From the NCBI RefSeq assembly GCF_009914755.1, contig NC_060946.1: 64,000 bases of DNA; one strand, written 5' to 3'. Position numbers and translations under genes: made by a program. Positions 52,521-64,000 of the stretch are shown here, piece by piece. Every line of letters begins with the position of its first letter. Position 1 is the first letter of the stretch. Below the pieces are notes generated by a model. That model did not search any database, had not been told where the DNA came from, and saw only the letters and a program-made list of their open reading frames with translations. This DNA is from the human T2T-CHM13v2.0 reference genome, Homo sapiens.

Positions 52521-55500
52521 AAAAAGAGTGTTTCAAATCTCCTCAAAAAAAAAAGTTTCAACTCTGTGAGTTGAATGCACACATCACAAAGAAGTTTCTC
52601 AGAATACTTCTGTCTAGATTTTGTCCAAAGCTATTTCCTTTTCCACTATACTTCTCAAAGTCCTCCGAATATCCACTTGCAGATTCTACAAAAGAAGTGT
52701 TTCAAAACTGCACAATCAAAAGAAAGGTTCAACTCTGTGAGTTGTATGCATACATCAGAAAGAAGTTTCTCAGAATGCTTTTGTGTAGTTTTTATGTGAA
52801 GATATTTCCTTTTCCACCATAGGCCCCAAGGCTCTCCAAATATCCACTTGCAGATTCTACAAAAAGCGGGATTCAAAACTGCTCAATCAAAAGAAAGGTT
52901 CAACTCTGTGAGTTGAAGGCACACACAACAAAGCCGTTTCTCAGAATGCTTCTCCGTAGTTTTTATATGAAGATATTTCCGTTTCCACCATTCTCTCCAA
53001 AGCACTCCAAATATCTACTTGCAGATTCTATAAAAAGAGTGTTTCAAAACTGCTCAATGAAAAGAAAGTTTCAACTCTGTGAGATGAATGGACACATCAT
53101 AAAGACGTTTCTCAGAATGCTTCTGTCTAGTGTTTATGTGAAGATATTTCCTTTTCCACCACGTGCCTCAAAGCACTCTAAATATGCACTTGCAGATTCA
53201 ACGAAAAGAGCGTTTCAAAACTGCTCAATCAAAAGAAAGGTTCAACTACTGTGAGATGAATGCACACATCACCAAGAAGTTTCTCAAAATGCTTCTGTCT
53301 AGTTTTTATGAGAAGATAATTCTTTTCCACCATAGGCCCCAAAGGGCTCCAAATATCCACTGCAGATCCTACAAAAAGTGTTTAAAAAATGCTAAATCAA
53401 TAGAAAGTTTCAACTCCATGAGATGTATGTAAACATCACAAAGAAGTTTCTCAGAATGCTTCTCTCTAGTTTTTTTGTGAGGATATTTCCTTCTCCACCA
53501 TAGGCCTCAAAGCACTCCAAATATCCACTGGCAGATTCTAGAAAAAGAGAGTTTCAAAACTGCTCAATCAAAAGAAATTTTGAAATCTGTGAGATGAATG
53601 TGCACATCACAAAGAAGTTTCTCAGCGTACTTCTGTCTAGTTTTTATGTGAAGGTATTTCCTTTTCCACCATACTCATCAAAGTATTCCAAATATCCACT
53701 TGCACATTCTACAAAGAGAGTGTTTCAAAACTGCTCAATCAAAAGAATGGTTAATCTATGTGAGATGAATGCAAACATCACAAAGAAGTATCTCAGAATG
53801 CTTCTGTGTAGCTTTTATGTGAAAATGTTTCCTTTACCACCATAATGCTCAAAGTGCTCCAAATATCCACTTACAGATTCTCCAAAAAGAGTGTTTGAAA
53901 ACTGCTCAATCAAAAGAAAGGTTGAACTCTTTGAGATGAATGAACACATCACAAAGAAGTTTTTCAGAATGCTTGTGTCTAGGTTTTATGTGAATATACA
54001 TCCTTTTCCACTATAGGCCGCAAAGTGCTCCAAACACCCACTTGCAGATTCTACAAAAAGAGTGTTTCAAACGTCCTCAATAAAAAAAGTTTCAACTCTG
54101 TGAGGTGAATTCACACATCAAAAAGAAGATTCTTAGAATGCTTCTGTCTAGTTTTTATGTGAAGATATTTGCTTTTCCACCATAGGCCACAAAGCGCAAC
54201 AAATATCCAATTACAAATTTTACAAAAATAGTGTTTCAAAACTTCTCAATCAAAAGAAAGGTTCAACTCTGTGAGTTGAATACACACATCACAAAGAAGT
54301 TTCTCAGAATGCTTCTGTCTAGATTTTGTCCAAAGTTATTTCCTTTTCCACTATACTTCTCAAAGTCCTCCGAATATCCACTTGCAGATTCTACAAAAGA
54401 AGTGTTTCAAAACTGCACAATCAAAAGAAAGGTTCAACTCAGTGAGTTGTATGCATACATCAGAAAGAAGTTTCTCAGAATGCTTTTGTGTAGTTTTTAT
54501 GTGAAGATATTTCCTTTTCCACCATAGGCCCCAAAGCTCTCCAAATATCCACTTGCAGATTCTACAAAAAGCGGGATTCAAAACTGTTCAATCAAAAGAA
54601 AGTTTCAACTCTGTGAGTTGAAGGCACACATAACAAAGCCGTTTCTCAGAATGCTTCTCCGTAGTTTTTATATGAAGATATTTCCATTTCCATCATTCTC
54701 TCCAAAGCGCTCCAGATATCCACTTGCAGATGCCATAAAAAGAGTGTTTCAAAACTGCTCAATGAAAAGAAAGTTTCAACTCTGTGAGATGAATGGACAC
54801 ATCATAGAGACATTTCTTAGAATGCTTCTGTCTAGTGTTTATGTGAAGATATTTCCTTTTCCACCACACGCCTCAAAGCACTCTAAATATGCACTTGCAG
54901 ATTCTACGAAGAGTGTTTCAAAACTGCTCAATCAAAAGAAAAGTTCAACTACTGTGAGATGAATGCACACATCACAAAGAAGTTTCTCAGAATGCTTCTG
55001 TCTAGTTGTTACGTGAAGATATTTGCTTTTCCACCACAGGCCACAAAGCACACCAAATATCCACTTGCAGATTTAAAAAAAAAAATAGTGTTTCAAAACT
55101 GCTCAATCAAAGGAAAAGTTCAACTCTGTGAGTTGAATGAACACATCACAAAGAAGTTTCCCAGAATGCGTCTGTGTAGCTTTTATGCAAAGTTATTTCC
55201 TTTTCCACAATACTCCACAAAGTCCTCCGAGTATCTACTTGCAGATTCTACAAAAAGAGAGTTTCAAAACTGCACAATCAAAAGAAAGGTTCAACTGTGA
55301 TTTGAATGCACACATCACAAAGTCGTTTCTCAGAATGCTTTCCATAGTTTTTATATGAAGATATTTTCATTTCCACCATTCTCTCCAAAGCGTTCCAAAT
55401 ATCCACTTGCAGATTCTACAAAAAGAGCGTTTCAAAATTGTTCAATCGAATTAAAGGTTCATCTCTTTGAGATGAATGCACACAACAAAAAGAAGTTTCT

Positions 55501-58500
55501 CAGAATGCTTCTGTGTAGTTTTTATGTGAAGGTATTTCCTTTTACACCATAGGCCACAAAGGGCTCCAAATATTCACTTGCAGATTATACATAAAGAGAG
55601 TTTCAAAACTCCTCTATCAAAAGATAGGTACAACTCTGAGTTCAATGCACACATCTCAAAGAAGTTTCTCAGAATGCTTCTGTTTAATTTTTACGTGAAG
55701 ATATTTCCATTTCTATAATAGGCCTCAAAGTGCTCCAAGTATCCACTTGTATATTTTACTAAAAGAGTGTTTCCAATCTGCTCAATCAAAAGAAAGTTAC
55801 AACTCTGGGAGATGAATGCACATATTACACAGAAGTTTCTCAGAATGCTTCTGTGTCTTTTTTATGTGAAGATATATCCTTTTCCACAATGGGCCTCAAA
55901 GTGCTCTGTGACATGAATGCACACTTAAAAAGACATTTCTCAGAATGCTTCTGTGTAGTTTTTATGTGAAGATATTTCCTTTTCCACCATAGGCCATAAA
56001 GGGCTCCAAATATCCACTTGCAGATTCTACAAAAAGAGAGTTTCAAAATTGCTCTATCAAAAGATAGGTTCAACTCTGTGAGCTGAATGCACTCATCACA
56101 AACAAGCTTCTCGGAATGCTTCTGTGTAGTTTTTATGTGAGGACATTTCCTTTTCCACAATAGGCCTCTAAGCACTACAAATATCCACTTGCGGATTCTT
56201 CAAATAGTGGTTTTCAAAACTGCTCAATGAAAAGAAATGTTCACCACAGTGTGTTGAACGAACATTTCACAAAGAAGTTTTTCAGAATACTTCTGTGCAG
56301 CTTTATATGAAGATATTTCCTTTTCCACCATAGGCCTCAATGCACTCCAAATATCTAGTTGAAGATTCTACAAAAAGTGTGTTTCAAAATTGCTCAATCA
56401 AAAGAAAGTTGAACTATGTGAGATGAATGCACACCTTGCAAAGAAGTTTCTCAGAATTCATCTGTGTTGTTTTTATGTAAAGATATTTTCTTTTCCACAG
56501 TAGGTCTCAAGGGGTTCCAAATATCCACTTGCAGATTCTACAAAAAGACTGTTTCAAAAGTGCTCAGTGAAAAGAAAGGTTCAACTCTCTGAGATGAATC
56601 CACACATGACAATGAAGTTTCTCAGAATGCTTCTGTGTAGTTTTTATGTGAAGTTATTTCCTTTTCCACCAGAGGCCACAAAGAGTTCCAAATATCCACT
56701 TGCAGATTATACAAAAAGAGAGTTTGAAAACTGTGCAATCAAAAGATAGGTTCAAATCTGTGATTTGAATGCACACATCAGAAAGAAGTTTCTCAGAATG
56801 CTTCTGTGTAGATTTTATGTGCAGATATATCCATTTCCACCATAGGCCTCAATGTGCTCAAAATATCCACTTAGAGGTACTACAAAAACAGTGTTTGAAA
56901 ACTGCTCAATCAAAAGAAAAGTTCAACTCTGTGAGATGAACGCACACATCGCAAAGAAATTTGTCAGAATGTTTCTGTGTTGTTTTCATGCAAAGATATT
57001 TCCTTTTCCACAATAGGCCTCAAAGTGCTCCAAATAGCCACTTGCAGATTCTACAAAAATAGTGTTTCAAAACAGCTCAATCAAAAGAAATGTTGAACTC
57101 TGTGAGATGAATGCACACATCACCAAGAAGTTTTTTCAGAATGCTTCTGTGAAGTTTTTATGTGAAGATATTTCTTTATCCACCACAGGCAGCAAGGGGC
57201 TCTAAATATCCACTTGCAGATTCTACAAAAAGAGATTTTCAAAGCTCCTCGATAAAAAGATAAGTTCAACTCTGTGAGTAGAATGCTCACATCACAAAGA
57301 AGTTTCTTTGAATGCTTCTGTGTAGTTTTTATGTGAAGACATTTCCTTTTACACCATAGGCCTCAAAGCGCTCCAAATATACACCTGCAGATACCAAAAA
57401 AAGAGAGTTTCAAAACTGCTTATCAAAAGATAGGTTCAACTCCGTGAGTTGAATGCACACATCACAAATAAGTTTCTCAGAATGCTTCTGTGTATTTTTT
57501 ATGGGAAGATATTTCCTTTTCCTCAATATGCCTCCTAGCACTGCAAATATCCACTTGCAGATCACACTAAAAGAGTATTTCCAAACTGCATAGTCAAAAG
57601 AAAGGTGAAATGAACACACACGTTGCAAAAAGTGTCTCAGACTCCTTCTGTGTAGTTTTTATGTGAAGATATTTTCTTTTTTACAATAGGCCTCAAAGCT
57701 CTCCAAAGATCCACTTGCAGATTCTACAAAAGAGTGTTTCAAAACTGCTCAATCAAAATAAAGGTTCAACTCTGTCAGATGAATGCACACATCACAAGGT
57801 AGTTTGTCAGAATGCTTCTGTGTAGTTTTTATGTGAAGATATTTCCTTTTCCACCTTAGGCCGCAAAAGGCTCCACATATCCACTTGCAGTTTCTACAAA
57901 AAGAATGTTTCCAAACTGGTCACTCAAAAGAAAGGTTCAACTCTGTGAGTTGAATGCACACATCACAAAGAAGTTTCACAGAATTCTACTGTATAGTTTC
58001 TATGTGAAGATATTTCCTTTTCCGCAATAGGCCTCAAAGTGTTCCAAGTATCCACTTGCAGATACTACAAAGACATTGTTTCAAAACTGCTCAACCAAAA
58101 GAATGGTTCAACTCTGTGAGAGTAATGCACACATCACAAAGAAGTTTCTCAGAATGTTTCTGTGTAGTTTTTTTGTGAAGATATTTCCTTTTCCACAATA
58201 GGCCTCAAAGCGCTCCAAATATCCACTTGCAGATTCTTCAAAAATAGTGTTTCAAAACTGCTCAATGAAAAGAAAAGTTCAACTCTGTGAGAAGAACGCA
58301 CACATCCCAAAGAAGTTTCTCAGAATTCTTCTGTGTAGTTTTTATGTGTTGACATTTCCTTTTACAACATAGGCCACAAAGGGCTCAAAATATTCTCTTG
58401 CAGATTCTACAAAAAGAGAGATCCAAAACTGCTCAATTAAAAGATATTTTCAACCTTTTGAAAAGAATGCACACATCACAAAGAAGTTTCTCAGAATGAT

Positions 58501-61500
58501 TCTGTGTAGTTTTTTAATGAAGATATTTCCTTTTCCACCATAGGACGCAAACGACTTCAAATACCCACTTCCAGATTCCACGACAAGAGAGTTTCAAAAC
58601 TGCTAAATGAAAACATAGGTTCAAATCTGTCAGTTGAATGCACACATCACAAAGAAGTTTCTCATAATTCTTCTGTGAAGTTTTTATGTGAAGATATTTC
58701 CATTTCCACAATAGACCTCAAATCTTTCCAAATATCTATTTGCTGATTCTACAAAAAGAGGGTTTCAAAACTGCACAATCATAAGAAATGTTCAACTCTG
58801 TGAGATGGGTGCACACAACACAAAGAAGTTTCTCAGAATGCTTCTGTGTAGTTTTTACGTGAAGATAATTCCTTTTCCCCTGGAGGCCTCAAATCTCTCT
58901 AAATATCCACTTGAAGATTCTACAAAAAGTGTTTTTCCAAACTGCTCAATCAAAAGAAACATTCAACTCTTTGCGATGAATGCACACATCACAAAGAAGT
59001 TTCTCAGAATGCTTCTGTGCAGTTTTTATGTGAACATATTTCCTTTTAAACCGTAGGCCACAATCAGCTCCACATACCCACTTCCAGATTCTACAAAAAG
59101 AGAGTTTCAAAACCGCTCTATCAAAAGATCGGTTCAATTCTGTGAGTTGAATGCAGACATCACAAAGAAGTTTCTCAGAATGCCTCTGTGTAGTTTTTAT
59201 GTGAAGATATTTCCTTTTCTACAATAGGCCTCAATGTGCTCCAAATATCCACTTGCAGATTCTACAAAAGGAGTGTTTCAAAACTGCTCAAACAAAAGAA
59301 AGGTTCAACTCTGTGAGATGAGTGCAAACATCACAGAGAAGTTTCTCAGAATGCTTCTGTGTAGTTTTTATGTGAAGGTATTTCCTGTTTCACCATATGC
59401 CGTAAAGGGCTCCAAATAGCAACTTGCAGTTTCTACAAAGAGAGTATTTCAAAACTTCTCAATCAAAACAAAAGTTCAACTCTGTGAGATGAATGCACAC
59501 ATCACAAAGAAGTTTCTCATAATGTTTCTGTGTAGTTTCTATCTGAAGATATTTCCTTTTCCCATATAGGCCACAAAGGGCTCCAAATATCCAGTTGCAG
59601 ATTCTACAAAAACAGTGTTTCAAAACTGCACAATCAAAAGCAATATTCATCTCTGTGAGATTGAATGCACACATCACAAAGAAGTTTCTCAGAATGCTTC
59701 TGTGAAGTTTTTTTTGTGAAGATATTCCCTTTTCTACAATAGGGTTGAAATCGTCCAAGTTTCCACTTGCAGATTCTACAAAGAGAGTGTTTCAAAACTA
59801 CTCAATCATAAGATAGGTTCCAATCTATGAGATGAATGCACACATCACAAAGAAGTTACTCAGAATGCTTCTGTGTAGTATTTATTTCAGGATATTTCCT
59901 TTTCCTCCATAGGCTGCAAAGGGCTTCAAATATCCACTTGCAGTTTCTACAAAAAGTGTGTTTCAAAAGTTCTCAATCAAAAGAAACTTTCAACTCTGTG
60001 GGATGAATGCACACATCACAGAGATATTTCTCAGAATGCTTCTGTGTGGTTTTTACGTGAAGATATTGGCTTTTCCACAGTAGGCTTCAAAGCATTCCAA
60101 ATATCCACTTGCAGATTCTATAAAAAGAGTGTTTCAAAACGGCTCAATCAAAAGAAACGTACAACTCTGTTAGATGAATACGCACATCACAAAGTAGTTT
60201 CTCAGAATAATTATGTGTAGGTTTTATGTGAAGATATTTCCTTTTATGCAATAGGCCACAAAGCGCTCCAAATATCCACCTGAAGATTCTGCAAAGAGAG
60301 TGTTTCAAAGCTGCTCAGTCATGAGATAGGTTCATCTCTGTGAGATGAATGCACACATCACAAAGAAGTTTCTCAGAATGCTTCTGTGTAGTTTTTATTT
60401 GAAGATATTTCCTTTGCCTCCATGGACCACAAAGGACTCCGAATATCCACTTGCAAATCCTACAAAAAGAGAAATCCGTAACGCTCAATCGAAATATAGG
60501 TTCAAGTCTGTGAGTTGAATGAACACATCACAAAGAAGTTTCTCAGAATGTTTCTGTGTAGTTTTTATGTGAAGATATTTCCTTTTCCAAAATAGGCCTC
60601 AAAGTCCACCAAATATCCACTTGCAGATTCTACAAAAACAGTATTTAAAAACTGCTCAATCAAAAGACAGATTAGACTGTGAGTTTAATGCACACATCAC
60701 AAATAACTTTCTCAGAATGCTTTTGTGTAGTTTTTATGTGAACATACTTCCTTTTCCATAATATGCCTCAAATCGTTCCAAGGATCCACTTGTAGATTCT
60801 ACAAAGAGAGTGTTTGAAAACTGCTAAACCATAACATAGATTCAACTCTGTGAGATGAATGCACACATAAAAAGTAGTTTCTCAGAATGATTCTGTGTAG
60901 TTTTTATGTGAAGATATTTCCTTTTCCACTATAGGCCTCAAAATGCTCAAAATATCCACTTGCAGCTACTACAGAAAGAGTGTTTCAAAACTACTCAATC
61001 AAAATAATTTTTCAACTGTGTGAGATGAATGCACACATCACAAAATTTTCTCAGAATGCTTCTGTGTAGTTTTTATGTGAAGATAATTGCTTTTACAAAG
61101 TAGACCTCAAATCTCTCCAAATATCCACTTGCAGTTTCTACAAAAACTGTGTTTCAAAACTTCTTAATGAAAAGAAAGTTTCAACTATGTGAGATGAGTG
61201 CACACATCAAAAATAAGTTTCTCAGAATGCTTCTGTGTAGTTTTTATATGAAGATATTGCCTTTTCCACAATAGGCTTCAGTGCACACCAAATATCCACT
61301 TACAGAATCTACAAAAGGAAGGTTTCAAAACTCCTCCATCAAAAGAAAGGCTCAACTCTGTGAGATGAATGCACACATCACAAAGAAGTTTCTCAGAATG
61401 CTTCTGTGTAGTTTTTATGTGAAGATATTTCCTTTTCCACTATAGTCCTCAAAGTGTTCAAAATATCCACTTGCAGATTCTACAGAAAGAGTTTCAAAAC

Positions 61501-64000
61501 TGCTCAATCAAAAGAAAGGTTCAACTCTGTGAGATGAATGCACACATCACAAAGAAGTTACTCAGAATGCCTCTGCATAGTTTTTGTGTGAAAATATTGA
61601 CTTTTCCACAATAGACATCAAAGCCCTCAAAATATCCTCTTGCAGATTTTACAAAAACTGTGTTTCAAAACTGCCCTAACAAAAGAAAGATTCAACTCTG
61701 TGAGATGAATGCACACATCACAAAGAAGATTCTCAGAATGCTTCTGTGCACTTTTTATGTGAAGATATTTCTTTTCCACAACAGGCCTCAGAGTGCTTCA
61801 AATATCAACTGGAAGATTATACAAAGAGAGTGTTTCAAAACTGCTCAATCATAAGATAGGTTCATCTCTGTTTGTTGAATTTACACATCAAATGAAGTTA
61901 CTCAGAATGCCTCCTTATAGTTTTTATGTGAACATATTTTCTTGTCCACAATAGGCCTCAAAGAGCTCAAAATATCCTCTTGCAGATTTTTCAAAAACAG
62001 TGTTTCAAAACTGCTCTACCAAAAGAAAGGTTCAACACTGTGAGGTGAATGCACACATCACAAAGAAGATTCTCAGAATGCCTCCATGTAGTTTTTATTT
62101 CAAGATATTTCCTTTTCCTCCATAGGCTGAAAAGGGCTCCAAATATCTACTTGCAGATTATACAAAAAGAGAGATTCAAAACTACTGAATCAAAAATAGG
62201 TTTAACTCTGTGTTATGAATGCACTCATCACAATGAAGTTTCTCAGAATGATTCTGTGTAGTTTTTATATGAAGATAGTTCATTTTATTCAATAGACCTC
62301 AAAGCACTCCAAATATCCACTTGCAGTTTCTACAAAAAGAGTGTCTCAAAACTGCTCAATGATAAGATAGGTTCAACTCTGTGACAAGAATGCACACATC
62401 ACAAAGAATTTTCTCAGAGTCCTTCTGTGTAGTTTTTATGTGTAGATATTTACTTTTACACCATAGACTTCAAAACACTCCAAATATCCACTTGCAGATT
62501 CTACAAAAAGAGTGATCCCAAACTGATCAAACAAAAGAAATGTTCAACTCTGTCAGATGAATGCACACATCACAAAGAACTTCCTCAGAATGCTTCTGTG
62601 TAATTTTTCTGTGAAGATATTTCCTTTTCCACAATAGGCCTCAAAGCGCTCCAAATATCCACTTGCAGACTCTACAAAAAGAATGTGAAAACTGCTCAAT
62701 CAACAGAAAGGTTCAACTCTGTGAGATGAATGCATACATGACAAAGAAGTTTCTCAGAATGTTTCCGTGTAGTTTTTTTGTGATGATATTTCCTTTTCCA
62801 CAATAGGCACCAAAGCGCTCCAGATATCCACTTTCAGATTCTACAAACAGAGGGTTTCAAAACTGCTCAATCAAAAGATAGGTTCAAGTGTGTGAGATGA
62901 ATGCACACAACAACAAGAAGTTTCTCAGAATATTTCTCTGTAGTTTTCATTTGAAGATATCTCCTTTTCCACCATTGGCTGCAAAGGGCTCCAAACTTCC
63001 ACTTGCAGATTCTACAAAAAGAGAGATTCAAAACTGATCAATCAAAGGTAGCTTCAACTCTGTGAGTTTAATGCACACATCACAGAAAAGTTTCTCAGAA
63101 TGCTTCTGTGTAGTTTTTATGTAAAGATGTTTCCTTTTGCACCATATGCCACAAAGGCCTCCAAATACCCATTCCAGATTCTTCAAAAAGAGAGTTTCAA
63201 AACAGCCCAATCAAAAGATAGGTTCAACTCCGTGAGATGAATGCACACATCACAAAAACTTTCTCAGAATGCTTCTGTGAAGTTTTTATATGATGATATT
63301 TCTTTTTCCACCACAGGCCGCAAAGGGCTCCAAATATACTCTTGCAGATTCCACAGAGAGACTCAAAACTGCTCAATCAAAAGATAGATTCAACCCTGTG
63401 AGTTGAATGCACAGATCACAGAGAAATTTCTCAGAATGTTTTTGTGTAGTTTTTATGTAAAGATATTTCCTTTTCCACTGGAGGGCTCAAAGCACTACAA
63501 ATATCAACTTGCACATTCTGCAAAAAGAGTGTTTCCAAACTGCTCAATCAAAAGAAACGTTCAACACTCTGAGATGAATGCACACATCACAAAGAAGTTT
63601 CTCAAAATTCTTCTGTGTAGTTTTTATGTGAAGATATTTCCTTTTCCTTATTAGGCCACAAAGGGCTCCCAATATCTACTTGCAGATTATTGAAAAATAA
63701 TCTCAATCAAAAAATAGGTTCAATTCTGTGAGTTGAATGAATACATCACAGAGAAGTTTCTCAGAATGCTTCTGTGTACTTTTTATGAGAAGATATTTCC
63801 TTTTCTACCATAGGCCACAAAATGCTCCAAATATACCCTGGAGGATTACAGAAAAAGAGAGTTTCAAACTGCTCAATCAAAAGAAAGGTGCAAATCTGTG
63901 AGATGAATGCTCACATTACAAAGAGGTTTGTCACAATAGTTTTGTGTAGTTTTTATGTGAAGGTATTTCCTTTTCCACCATAGTCCTCAAAGTGCTCCAA
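52521..64000 (-). repeat. Alpha satellite, monomeric, inverted orientation, open at the right window edge
   Basis: Continuous ~171-bp reverse monomers, all A-type. Confidence 0.97.

Overview
This is primate (human or great-ape-like) pericentromeric heterochromatin. I see no cellular genes, RNA genes or CRISPR arrays. 1-~11378 is a diverged CATTC/CACTC classical satellite (HSat3-like) carrying 11 co-oriented copies of one ~65-bp decayed antisense Alu 3'-end fragment. It joins abruptly to ~50 kb of diverged monomeric A-type alpha satellite (pJalpha box present, no CENP-B box found). The alpha satellite runs in the conventional (+) orientation up to an inversion junction at ~32124/32125 and on the (-) strand thereafter. 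Four 5'-truncated L1PA insertions interrupt it; one is 5'-inverted and one has a possible micro 3' transduction. The array shows layers of different monomer types and several nested multimer duplications, one of which preserves the empty target site of an L1. Almost all ORFs in the track are artefacts of satellite periodicity; only dead L1 ORF2 fragments are real coding-derived sequence. The best candidate for something under-described is the Alu-fragment/HSat3 composite satellite. I found no evidence for a new protein-coding system. Coordinates were read by eye and may be off by a few bases.
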